This document shows positions 1 to 9,594 of a stretch of 64,000 nucleotides of DNA, piece by piece. Where the stretch lies: assembly GCA_004764695.1 (NCBI GenBank), contig SMSO01000033.1:620001-684000 (forward strand). Direction: 5' to 3'. A program made the translations under genes and the position numbers. Positions within the stretch are counted from its first letter, which is position 1; each line of letters begins with the position of its first letter. The notes beneath the pieces are model-generated. The model saw nothing but the letters and a program-made list of their open reading frames with translations, had not been told where the DNA came from and made no database searches. The stretch is from Schizochytrium sp. TIO01 (taxonomy: Eukaryota; Protista; Bigyra: Labyrinthulomycetes).

Positions 1-3000
1 TGTAAGCAGGTTTACGACCTTGAACATGTCGAATGGCTTATCACCTTGTGCCGGCGTGGAGAAGACCAACGCTTAGAAAGGATCCAGGAGGAAGCTATGC
101 GACTTGTTGATGGGTGGGCGCGTAACTTACAAACATATATTCCTGCCGATGGTGTTCCAGTTCCAGACCCTCTGCGCGACGAGCTAATCGATAGTGCAGT
201 CACGTTCTTGGAGGACGAACAAGTCAAAGATAGATCTGTCGATGAAAAGGTACAATTCTTGTTAGATAAAGGCTTGAATCGAACTGAAATTCGGATTGCG
301 TGTGCTCAGGTTGGTGTGGAACCACCTAGCTCATTGCTATATTCGGAACCACTGCGCCATGAAATGGTAAAGAACGGTGCATCATTTTTAACAATTGATG
401 ATGTGAAGGACAAACCTCTAGCGGAAAAACTGTCTTTTCTCAAATCCAAGGGCTTAGCCGATGGTGAGATCATGCGCGCCTGCGAACTTGCACGTCTGGA
501 TCCGCTTCCTACACCTGAGGACTTGAAAGGCCTTCATGAATACCAGGAGCGCGCACCTCGTGAAGATATGGTTAAAAATGGCGCCATTTTCCTCAATCAC
601 AAGTCAATGGCTTCAAAAACATTGCGTGAGAAGCTTGAATTCCTTAAAACTAAAGGTATGACTGCGACCGAAGTAGCCAAGGCATGCGAACGAGCAAAAG
701 TGGATCTCCCTAGTGATCTTCGGAAAGAGTTCGCTGCTTCCACAACGACTACCACAGAAGGAGGTCGTGGCACCGGTGGTGGTAGCGACGGCTCCAAGGT
801 AAATGAGGCGTCATCTGGCAATGCAAAATCTGGTAGATCGTCTGCTGAAGATGGCACCCCAGAGTCAGTTCGTAGTGAGATGGTTCAAAAAGGTGTTACA
901 TTTTTGTCCCATCCTTCAGTTGTAAGCAAGCCTGTTGTCGAAAAGCTCGCATTCCTTCGGGAAAAATCTTTGACCGAAGCTGAAATCAAGCAGGCTTGCA
1001 AAGAAACGAACGTGGCATATATTGCTGGAACCGTTGGACTCTCGCAGGAGAATGTAAGAAAGGCAGTTGCATTTCTGCGTCATCCGAGTGCTCAGGGTCG
1101 TCCTTTACAGGAAAAAATAAGTTATCTTCGCTCAAAAGGCCTCTCTACAGAGGAAATTGAAGCAGCCTGTCGTCAAGTTGGTGTCCGATCAGCTGGTATT
1201 GGCATGTCCTATACCAATGCTGAATTAAACGAACCCTTTGAGGACGTCTCGGAGGAAGATGATCGTGACTCCTCTTCTAAAACTCCCAAGACACTTACAA
1301 ATGAAGAGGTAGAATCAATGCGACGTGTGCGACAAGGCCAACGCTTTCTGCTTCATGAAAAGACTCAAAAACTTGAGAATCGAGACAAAGTAAGCTTTTT
1401 GCTTGGAAAAGGCCTCTCCTTAGACGAAATTGAATCCTGTTTCGCGGTGGTTGGCCTGCCATGGGACGAAGAAGAAATGAAATCTGTGAAGCCCGAAGAT
1501 CAGTCTAAAGCGCGCATGGAGCGGGCTGAGCGATTTCTAGAAGATCAGCGAGAAAAGGTTCCTGAAGACGAAACATTTGATGCACAAAAACAGGCTCTGT
1601 TTCTTTGTCAACAAGGAATCCCCGAAAAGGAGCTTTCAAGAGTCTTTGAAAAGCTAGGCTTAGAATTGGATACCTCAAAACTTGATGAAGACATGGTTAA
1701 TATCGGTCGAACATTTGCTCAGAAGGCTGGCACGGGAGCAAAAGCTCGGAATTTCTTACAGAAAGAGAAGAATCTCTCTGAAGATCAAATTAATCGTGCC
1801 TTTCAAGGTCTCGAGAATAATCCAGTTGAGCTTGCTCGCCGGTTCCTTACAAGCTCTCAGGCTGCAAGAGAACCTCTTGCTGAACGCATCAACTACTTAC
1901 GGCAGCATCAAAATCTTTCAGATGAGCACATCCGTGAAGCCTTACAGCTAGCTGGTCTTGAAGCAACTGAACAAGACTTTCAAGATCCTGCAACTGTCGA
2001 TCCGCTCGTTGCACAAGGAGCAACGTTTTTGTCAAGTGCTGCTGCCGCCGCAGCGAGTCTGTCCCAAAAGAAAGAATTTTTGAGTAGCAAGGGTCTGTCG
2101 AAGTCTCAGATCATGGCCGCATTTCAACGTGCCGGACTTGACCCGGAAAAGGAGACTGTTCCAAGGCCTGAGGCAGATCCGTTAGTAATTCAAGGCCGTG
2201 CTTTTCTGACAAGTCCCAAAACTGCGTCTGTTTCTCTGGCAGAAAGGGCGGCTTTCCTGCGCTCAAAAGGGCTTTCTGAAGAACAGATCAAATCTGCGTT
2301 TGAGCTGTCGAATCAGGTTTTGCCATCTCAAGCTGAAGTTGAGTCTGCAAGCATTAAATCTGCACGATCACCTACGTCTAGCTCCGAGCCCTCATCTTCT
2401 AAAACATCAGAATTGGCATCCTCGGGGGATGCGCTTGTAGACCAAGGCGCTCGCTTTTTATTAAATGAACAGGCTGCTGCAGCGAGCGTCGCGGAGCGCA
2501 AATCCTTTTTGCGCAGCAAAGGACTAAGCGAAGATCAAATCCATCAAGCTTTCAAACATGCAGGTGTTAGCGAGAGCTCAATTCGAAAAGAAATGGTCGA
2601 TCGTGGTACTCGTTTCCTGAAAGACCCGAATACCGCAGATACACCGATCGAAGATCGTATTGAGTTTTTGAAGCAACAAGGGTTGACTGAAGACGAGGTA
2701 CTCCAAGCTGCTGTTCAAGCAAAAGTTAGTTTAGTTCCATCACATTTGTGCACGATTCCTTCTAAGCAACTTCGAGAGGATAGCAACAAGGAGTCTCTCG
2801 ACACAGAACCCTCTGGTCGTGCTTTGCAACATGCTATGAACGCCATGGTCTCTCTTTTGCCAACAGTAAAGATTCGTGCAACACCAAGTGGAAGATTTGG
2901 ATCTCGGGTTCTCATGCTCCTGGCTACTTGTTTATGTCGCAGTCGACCAGCAAGAGTGCCTGCAGCTTGTATTGCCTTTAGTTCTTTGAGCATGTCCAAG

Positions 3001-5034
3001 GGCCTACGAAATCATGAGGCTGCTGACATAGACCTCGCCGTTGAGTCAGATGTACAAGCTTTTCTCGAGGCTTGCGTTGAGCTTGCCGCTCGTGCTGCGC
3101 AAATAAATACTTATGCAAAAGAAGGGTTGGATCAGATGCAGCAAGTGAATTTGCATTTTATTTCTTGCGGAGATGTCGTTGGTTCTGTTCTTCGTTTTTG
3201 GCGGTCAAATTCCGCTGCGGATGTAAACGTAGATACTGGCATGATTCTTGCTCGCGCTGTTCATGGTCATTTCAGTCCCGCGGCTGCGTATCAGCCTATG
3301 AAGAGTGCAACAGAGCCAGCAATTGAAAAGGTTCTTGAGCATATGTCAACAGAGCGGCGTGGTCTTGCCCCTGTTGCTGCAGCATTCTTTGCTGCTGGCC
3401 TTTTAAGAGGCGCTCCCGACTATGCATGGGCTAACGATGTCGAGCGCAGCCCCCAACCCCGCGTTGAAGCTGGCTTTCGGCAACTTGCGCGGAAGTCTGC
3501 CAAACTTGAAGACAAGGTTGTGTCTTCCGGTTTAGGCTGCGCTATTGTGTATGCTGACACGCAGGTGTCCTGGAGTAACGCAATGACCTGGGCTGTAGCC
3601 GAATGTCTTTTTAACGAGGCACTGGGTGGTTTCTTTTTAGCATCAGGCTGTGCATCTCTTGAGGCCCGCTCGAACGCTTCTCGACGTTTCAACGAAAGAG
3701 AGATTTTTAAACTTGCGCCACAGTTGGTATCTTTGATTGTGAGCAAGCTTTCAAGCTCTCAGGCAACTTGGGCCACTCGTCGCCTTCATAAGTTTGCTGT
3801 GCATGTTCATCGTATATGTCGTGATGATGCAGAGCTCACGGGCGTTTTGGCACGCCGCACCACGTTAGCTCTCTACGGAACTGGAGAAGTGTCTACTTCA
3901 GAAGAAAATAACGTTGAGCAAGCTACGCCAGTCGACCTCGGGATCCATGCAGAGCTCGCCCGCCTTTTGCAAATGGGATATTTGACGACAATAGTAATTG
4001 GCGCAAAGACGGTGCCTCTAACTTCTGATTGGGTTCTTGTTTGGGATGCTATGGCAAACTTAAATGCATTTCAAGTGCGAGTCCAAGACACAGTAGATCT
4101 CGAAGATCTACTTAAACGTATGCTACACATGGAGGAAGAGCGTGGCGTAGGCGTACTTCTTGGACTCTTGGGAATCGGCGAGGATGACGATGGCACAGAT
4201 ATGAACGACTTCGGTGTAGCAGACCCTCGTGCTAAGGGAATGCGCCATGATGATCCAAGAAAACAGCTATATGACTGGGTCTTAGCAGGTCGCTTGGAGT
4301 TTTTACTGGACACTGGCGAAGAGTGGTTACATGATAAGCTCCCAGAAAGTGCAGCATTGGCTACACTTCTACTCGATGTAGCTGTGGCTCATCCATTTGT
4401 GCATCTCAACATGCGTGCGCATCGCTGGATTACGGATATGCTTCGAAACTATGCATCTGGTCAGTCAGAGGTAAAAGCGGACCCTCTCGGGCCGCCGCCT
4501 TTGCCTCTTGCAATTATTCCATCGTATGTTGACGCATCAATTGAGGCTCATCCCCACGCTACAGCTACACGGACTTTATCCTTTGCAATCGGTTCAACGC
4601 TAACTGCTTTGTCGAACCAACATGAAGAGCGTGCCCAACCCTTAGCTCTAATGACTCTCGAACGGCTGATGTTAGCACTTGATGATCGTATTGCAGGACG
4701 ACCGGAATTCAAGCAAGACGGGGCCATACTGGCCAAAATTCTTTTTTCTTCTTTGAAGGCAACGGCTTGGCCAATTTTCCCTATGGCTGTTGACGAGGTT
4801 GTCGACGTTATTGAGCGGGCGCCACTTACACTTTCGCAAGACCATTCAGAAGAGGTTAGTCTCTCTGATGAAAAGGATAGTGAGACACCACCCGATGGAT
4901 CGTCGCGTATTTCACGTAAGGAACTTGTAGAGCTTATGTTCAACGCTATCCAGACGACAGACGACCAACCCCGCCGCATGTATCTTGCCAAGGCATACCT
5001 TAAGCTTGTGCAATCATCAACGTGCAGGCTGTAA
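1..5034 (+). CDS. Giant peroxin-like protein (5'-truncated): ~13 tandem Pex14_N domains + Pex8-like alpha-helical domain, C-terminal PTS1 (-CRL)
   Basis: Frame is open from nt 1 (the ORF-track start at 46 is a TTG). Repeats such as PREDMVKNGAIFLNHKSMASKTLREKLEFLKTKGMTATEVAKAC match the Pex14_N pattern (R.emv..A..FL......s.l.eK..FL.sKGLt..EI..A) from ~170 to ~2725. The C-terminal ~740 aa are helical and end ...QSSTCRL*. Confidence 0.8.
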   Translation, partial: CKQVYDLEHVEWLITLCRRGEDQRLERIQEEAMRLVDGWARNLQTYIPADGVPVPDPLRDELIDSAVTFLEDEQVKDRSVDEKVQFLLDKGLNRTEIRIACAQVGVEPPSSLLYSEPLRHEMVKNGASFLTIDDVKDKPLAEKLSFLKSKGLADGEIMRACELARLDPLPTPEDLKGLHEYQERAPREDMVKNGAIFLNHKSMASKTLREKLEFLKTKGMTATEVAKACERAKVDLPSDLRKEFAASTTTTTEGGRGTGGGSDGSKVNEASSGNAKSGRSSAEDGTPESVRSEMVQKGVTFLSHPSVVSKPVVEKLAFLREKSLTEAEIKQACKETNVAYIAGTVGLSQENVRKAVAFLRHPSAQGRPLQEKISYLRSKGLSTEEIEAACRQVGVRSAGIGMSYTNAELNEPFEDVSEEDDRDSSSKTPKTLTNEEVESMRRVRQGQRFLLHEKTQKLENRDKVSFLLGKGLSLDEIESCFAVVGLPWDEEEMKSVKPEDQSKARMERAERFLEDQREKVPEDETFDAQKQALFLCQQGIPEKELSRVFEKLGLELDTSKLDEDMVNIGRTFAQKAGTGAKARNFLQKEKNLSEDQINRAFQGLENNPVELARRFLTSSQAAREPLAERINYLRQHQNLSDEHIREALQLAGLEATEQDFQDPATVDPLVAQGATFLSSAAAAAASLSQKKEFLSSKGLSKSQIMAAFQRAGLDPEKETVPRPEADPLVIQGRAFLTSPKTASVSLAERAAFLRSKGLSEEQIKSAFELSNQVLPSQAEVESASIKSARSPTSSSEPSSSKTSELASSGDALVDQGARFLLNEQAAAASVAERKSFLRSKGLSEDQIHQAFKHAGVSESSIRKEMVDRGTRFLKDPNTADTPIEDRIEFLKQQGLTEDEVLQAAVQAKVSLVPSHLCTIPSKQLREDSNKESLDTEPSGRALQHAMNAMVSLLPTVKIRATPSGRFGSRVLMLLATCLCRSRPARVPAACIAFSSLSMSKGLRNHEAADIDLAVESDVQAFLEACVELAARAAQINTYAKEGLDQMQQVNLHFISCGDVVGSVLRFWRSNSAADVNVDTGMILARAVHGHFSPAAAYQPMKSATEPAIEKVLEHMSTERRGLAPVAAAFFAAGLLRGAPDYAWANDVERSPQPRVEAGFRQLARKSAKLEDKVVSSGLGCAIVYADTQVSWSNAMTWAVAECLFNEALGGFFLASGCASLEARSNASRRFNEREIFKLAPQLVSLIVSKLSSSQATWATRRLHKFAVHVHRICRDDAELTGVLARRTTLALYGTGEVSTSEENNVEQATPVDLGIHAELARLLQMGYLTTIVIGAKTVPLTSDWVLVWDAMANLNAFQVRVQDTVDLEDLLKRMLHMEEERGVGVLLGLLGIGEDDDGTDMNDFGVADPRAKGMRHDDPRKQLYDWVLAGRLEFLLDTGEEWLHDKLPESAALATLLLDVAVAHPFVHLNMRAHRWITDMLRNYASGQSEVKADPLGPPPLPLAIIPSYVDASIEAHPHATATRTLSFAIGSTLTALSNQHEERAQPLALMTLERLMLALDDRIAGRPEFKQDGAILAKILFSSLKATAWPIFPMAVDEVVDVIERAPLTLSQDHSEEVSLSDEKDSETPPDGSSRISRKELVELMFNAIQTTDDQPRRMYLAKAYLKLVQSSTCRL

Positions 5035-5430
5035 TAGTTACTTTATTAGATGTGTTATGTTTTTCCACCTGAGGAAACATGCGCTTCTCCTTTCTACTGC
5101 TATGTTGGGGTTCTCCTAAGATATTAGACGAATGTGAGGAATGAAATAGGGTCCAGCAACCTCTACCTTTAGTCAAGGTCTTTTGTGGATTGTTCAATTT
5201 CATCAAAAGGACACGATATAAATTATTGCACTTATTTTCCTACTAACTTTATTATTAGTTATTTCTTTAGTTGGGCTTCTGTTTTATTGATCATCGGAGC
5301 AAGCATAATCAGTATGAATCAACTATCTTTAAAATATCTTAAAGTCTTTGTAAATTGACTCTTGGAGGAGTACATTGAATTATTTTTTAATTTATTAAAA
5401 TCACGATCAATTGGCTAAAACATTCTCAGT

Positions 5431-6576
5431 CTAGTTGGATTTCAAAGGAAATTTCTCCTCGCGATTGTGGGGGGTGTTGTAGTGGACATCATACCAGCAC
5501 TCAGGGAACTCCTTGTCAGAATTAAACTTGAAAGGGGAGATTGGGATGATGCTGAACGGATTGATATTCTTGTGACTGCAGGTGTAGTGGGTCTTAGCAT
5601 CATCAATCTCGACCGTCTCAAGAATGCCAGGCATCTGCAAGATCTCTTTGGTGTACTCGAAGAGGTTCGGGCACGTTTCAGAAATGCGGCGGATGCACTT
5701 GAAATGGGAAGCGTAGATCTCATCGAAGCGAACTGCGGTGACGAAAAGACGAATGTCAGCCTCAGTGAAGCGAGTGCCATCTCCAGCGATGTACCGCTGC
5801 TTGGAAAGAATAGCCTCAGCATCATCAAGCGCCTCCCAGACCTCATGAACAGCCTCGTTGTAGGCTTCCTGAGACTTGGCAAAGCCAGAGCGGTAGACGC
5901 CATTGTTGAACTGGTTGTAGAAAGAGTCGTTGACGGCGTCAATATCTTTCTGCAACTCTTTCGGGTACAGGTCAACTCCAGCGAGAGGGGCAGATTTGTC
6001 GGCAAACTCGTCAAACTCCTTGAGCATGCGGATAATCTCAGCAGACTCGTTAGAGACGATCTTATCTTCTTGCTTGTCAAAGAGGATAGGTACAGTGAAC
6101 TTGGTGTTGTTACCAGATTTATCGACACGTTCGTAGACATCGCGGATAGTCTTGCAGCCGTGAAGTACATCGGGGCGCTCCTCAGAGAAGACCCAGCCAA
6201 TGTGCTTGTCGTCATCATCGTCAGGGCGAGTACGCTCCATGATGGGCATGACTGGGATCATTTGGATGACATCCTGAAGGCCTAGAAGGTTGCGCACGGC
6301 GTAGACGCGGCTGGCCCAAGGGCATGCGTAGCTAAAGTACACTGCGTACCGGTCCTTTGCTGGAGGAAACTCGCCATCAGCCTTGATCCAGTTCCTGAAC
6401 TTCGACTCCGTGCGGACGAACTTGCCCTTGTCGTCCGTCTCGTCCATCGCAGTCTGTGCTTTACCCATCTTGAACTCAAGTCTTGCGCCGCACGTGCTCC
6501 TCGTCGCTAGTCTCGCCGTCTCCTCACTTCTTCTCGCAAATACTCCTGCTCCGCGCTGTGCAAGCCGTGCAAGCAT
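5431..6576 (-). CDS. Glutathionyl-hydroquinone reductase (omega/xi-class GST, YqjG/Ecm4 family)
   Basis: Motifs GKFVRTESKFRNWI, YFSYACPWASR (CPWA active site), FTVPILFDK, IVSNESAEIIRM, NNGVYRSGFA, TEADIRLFVTAVRFD, HYTCSHKNINP. In-frame ATGs at 6576 and 6468. Confidence 0.95.
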   Translation of the reverse strand: MLARLAQRGAGVFARRSEETARLATRSTCGARLEFKMGKAQTAMDETDDKGKFVRTESKFRNWIKADGEFPPAKDRYAVYFSYACPWASRVYAVRNLLGLQDVIQMIPVMPIMERTRPDDDDDKHIGWVFSEERPDVLHGCKTIRDVYERVDKSGNNTKFTVPILFDKQEDKIVSNESAEIIRMLKEFDEFADKSAPLAGVDLYPKELQKDIDAVNDSFYNQFNNGVYRSGFAKSQEAYNEAVHEVWEALDDAEAILSKQRYIAGDGTRFTEADIRLFVTAVRFDEIYASHFKCIRRISETCPNLFEYTKEILQMPGILETVEIDDAKTHYTCSHKNINPFSIIPISPFKFNSDKEFPECWYDVHYNTPHNREEKFPLKSN

Positions 6577-9428
6577 AAGCTCGTCCTCAGAGCTTCTTCA
6601 CTGCGCTGTGTCACAGGCGCCTAACTCCCTTCTTCGATTGCAGGTTTGCTGGCTGCACAAACGTCTCGCCAAGTCCCGTTTCTTCTTTTGCGCAAAGTAA
6701 CTATACTTTCAATGCTGAAGTAGGTAGTAGACTCGTACTCGCATTTGTACCTCAAGATCGATGTACATTCTTTTATTCCTTCGCTCCTGATCAGCGCTGC
6801 GTTACCCATATCTCTACCCGCACAAGAAGCTTCACGAGGTGTTGGCGTCGCAGAGGGAGTCGAAGGTGTCTTCAGGGCCCATGATCATCGCTGCAAGTTC
6901 TTCATCTTTTCCACCATGGTATCTCTCCCATAACAGGCACCTCAAAGTCATTCTTCATTCATCAAATCTTGAAAAGGTACTTACTTGACCATCGAACCAA
7001 GCGCAGTTTCTTCGCTTCGCAACTCTCTCTCTCTCATCAGACCTCGCAGAGAGAGAGCTGGCTGGCTTGTGCAGTTTCCCTCAACAGCCTTGGAGTCAGA
7101 AATCAGCAGCGCCATCAGCTTGCTCGATAACCAACAAGTTCTCTCGAGTTCTCCGCCTCACATGTGGAAAGAAAGAGTTCCGTCTTTCAATGCCTCGGAA
7201 TCCGACGCTCGCGAATCCGACTGCTTGCCCTGCATGCTAGCAACACGAAGGTCAGCACGGGTGCACACCCTCCAAATTGGGAAGCTCAGGAAATGATTCG
7301 GATAATTTTAATTGCAAAAGGTAATTCATGGATGACAATTGAAAAACTAATTAACTGCGCCCTTCGAAGCTTCGAAGCTTCGAAATCAAGAGCGATGGAG
7401 GGGCAACTTTATGATTGACTTGAAGAGCTGAAGTCCAGGAGGCTCGAGATGAAGATCTGCGGTGCAGTTGCAACGCTTGGACCCTCGAGGCAGTTGTTTG
7501 GGACTGGGCGGTAAGGAACAAAGCAAGCTAGCTAGCTACCTTGAGTTTGGGAAAGGATAAATGGGAGCTGAAGAAGAAGGCACTGACTGGAGACACGGAA
7601 AAGATGCAGCCCAAAGCCGACTCTTGAGAGAGGTTTCGTTTCGGAAAAAAGACAACCGTGGGCCGAGGGACTCTGGCACTCGATTTAGGTTTGGTTGCCT
7701 GAGAGCGGAGCGACGTGGAGATGAAGTCAGAGTCGAACTTTGTCGAAGTGGGGTAAGGTGGTGCTTTCCACAGCTTCGTTCTCATTTGTGCATTCTTTCT
7801 TGCAGAAAAATGTACATTGTATCAAGACAGAGGCAAAGGAAAACACAAGAGAAAACAAAGAGATAAGATAGAAACGAAAGCGAAATTCTGGTTGTCCAAA
7901 AATACAAGATGCAGGAGACGAAGTTGATCTCACGGAGCTGAGTGGATTATCCGACGGTTAAATGGTATCACATCAGCAGAGGCTTGAGGGAGAGCGCCTG
8001 CAAAAAGCTTGAACCGTCTCACAGTCTACGCATGGTATACGGTGATTGATTGCTGCAAACGAAACCATGACTGCATTGGGCCGTGTAAATCGTACTACCA
8101 TCCATGGTCTCGAAGCGATGGCGAGGACATACAAAATAATTAATACATAGAGGGAGGATCCGGGGCGTGGGCTTAACTAAGACAAATGTAGCATCAAGTT
8201 CAGGTGACAAGGTGCATACAACTAGGTTTAACAAGTTAGTCTAAACACTAAAAAACCAGTGTTGCTTTGCTGCTATGGGCAATGTTTCTTGATTTAACCG
8301 TAGTTACCACTATCCAAGTTCTCCACTCTTCATAACACATTTCCCCCAAATGTAGTATCTCCGTAGCGGAAACCAGGGGGGAGGGCTACTTGATGAATAA
8401 GCGCCTGAGATCCTGCGCCTGAGTGCGATCCACGCATAAGGGAGCTACGAAAAGTCCGGGTTTGCCTCTGAGTTGCAACATCCTCGTCTTGTTGAGGTTT
8501 CTTTCCTTTCTCTGAAGGTAGTCGTAGTGGACGTGGGCTGCAAAGCAAAGGAAGAAATTAAACAACTTAGCACTACATTAAAAACACAGAATCTGACCCA
8601 GAGTCTCATTACTGTGATTCTCTACCTACTGTCGTACCTACTGCTTCTGGTAAGGGAGAACGTAGAAAATATCCTTGCATAGATCCGGTGAACCTGTGCG
8701 AATCCCCCGCATTTCCCTGAATTTTAAATTAAAGTTTAAAAAAATGAATAATTGAAAAGGTGTGCGAAACGAATATGTAATCAAGAGCTCTTAGGAGCTT
8801 TTTGCAATATGGCGCGTCTGTGCGGGAAAAGAGATTTTACATTTAACCTTGGTGGGAACATCGTCGAATTTGTGAAAATGGTGGTTGGGTTAGTTGTAAG
8901 TTGTTAGGTATAATCTTAACATATTAAGCCTAATTTCGCGTTAACGTACAGAATAGACGGATCGCCGCGGACATTGAAGCAGTAATCAAGGTATTATGTA
9001 TTATAAGGAGCGGGTGTGCGTTTACTTCTATTATTTGTAAGTTCTTACAATTGTTTGAAAGAAGAAAATAGAAAGAAGAGTTTAGCTCTATGGCGCGAAC
9101 GGAGAAGGTGGTTGAAGAAATCTTGGAGAGGCGTCCTCAAAGTGGATTTTGAGCTGGCTACAAGTAGCTGACTCGTTCTTTAGCGACGCTTGTTTATCTC
9201 AATACTACTACAAACTCAAGTGCTTTCTTGTACGAAAAAGGAGCATGTACCAAGAATCACTTTTCATTCAAATAACCTTTGAGTGAAAAGAGCTTGCTCA
9301 TTACCCAGCCCTGCTGTAGTCCACTTTGGCCGCGCTGTATTAGACATTGCTACTGGTTTCTGATACTATTGCTCTACAATCGTCGGAACATTATTTGCTT
9401 GCTATTGTATGTCAAAGCTTCTTTGCAG

Positions 9429-9592
9429 GTAAGCAAACTTTGTTAAAGGTGCAGAGCGTTGCTAACCTGCAAGCTGTTCGATTCGTCGACGAGCAGGGAA
9501 GCAAGACAACTGGCCAGACAATAAGGTCTCGTCAAGGATCAATCGGGGCAAAGCTCCAACTTCCTTTGTTGTACTTTTGCATCCTAACTCAG
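9429..9592 (+). other. Probable 5'-UTR intron of the kinesin-like gene
   Basis: CAG|GTAAGC donor at 9429; pyrimidine tract and CCTAACTCAG branch/acceptor ending at 9592, 2 nt before the ATG at 9595. Confidence 0.45.
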
Positions 9593-9594
9593 CC

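Noticed and set aside
1-5034. Calling the first gene canonical PEX14
   Set aside because: It lacks the single N-domain + membrane segment + coiled-coil layout. It has many N-domains and a PTS1, so no gene symbol was assigned.
5442-6285. Long overlapping and antisense ORFs (258 and 272 aa) over the GST-family gene
   Set aside because: Shadow ORFs from the strong codon bias of the real gene; no motifs and non-protein-like composition.
7023-7058. (CT)n...(AG)n inverted pair
   Set aside because: Simple dinucleotide runs; no evidence of TIRs with a target-site duplication or of a structured RNA.
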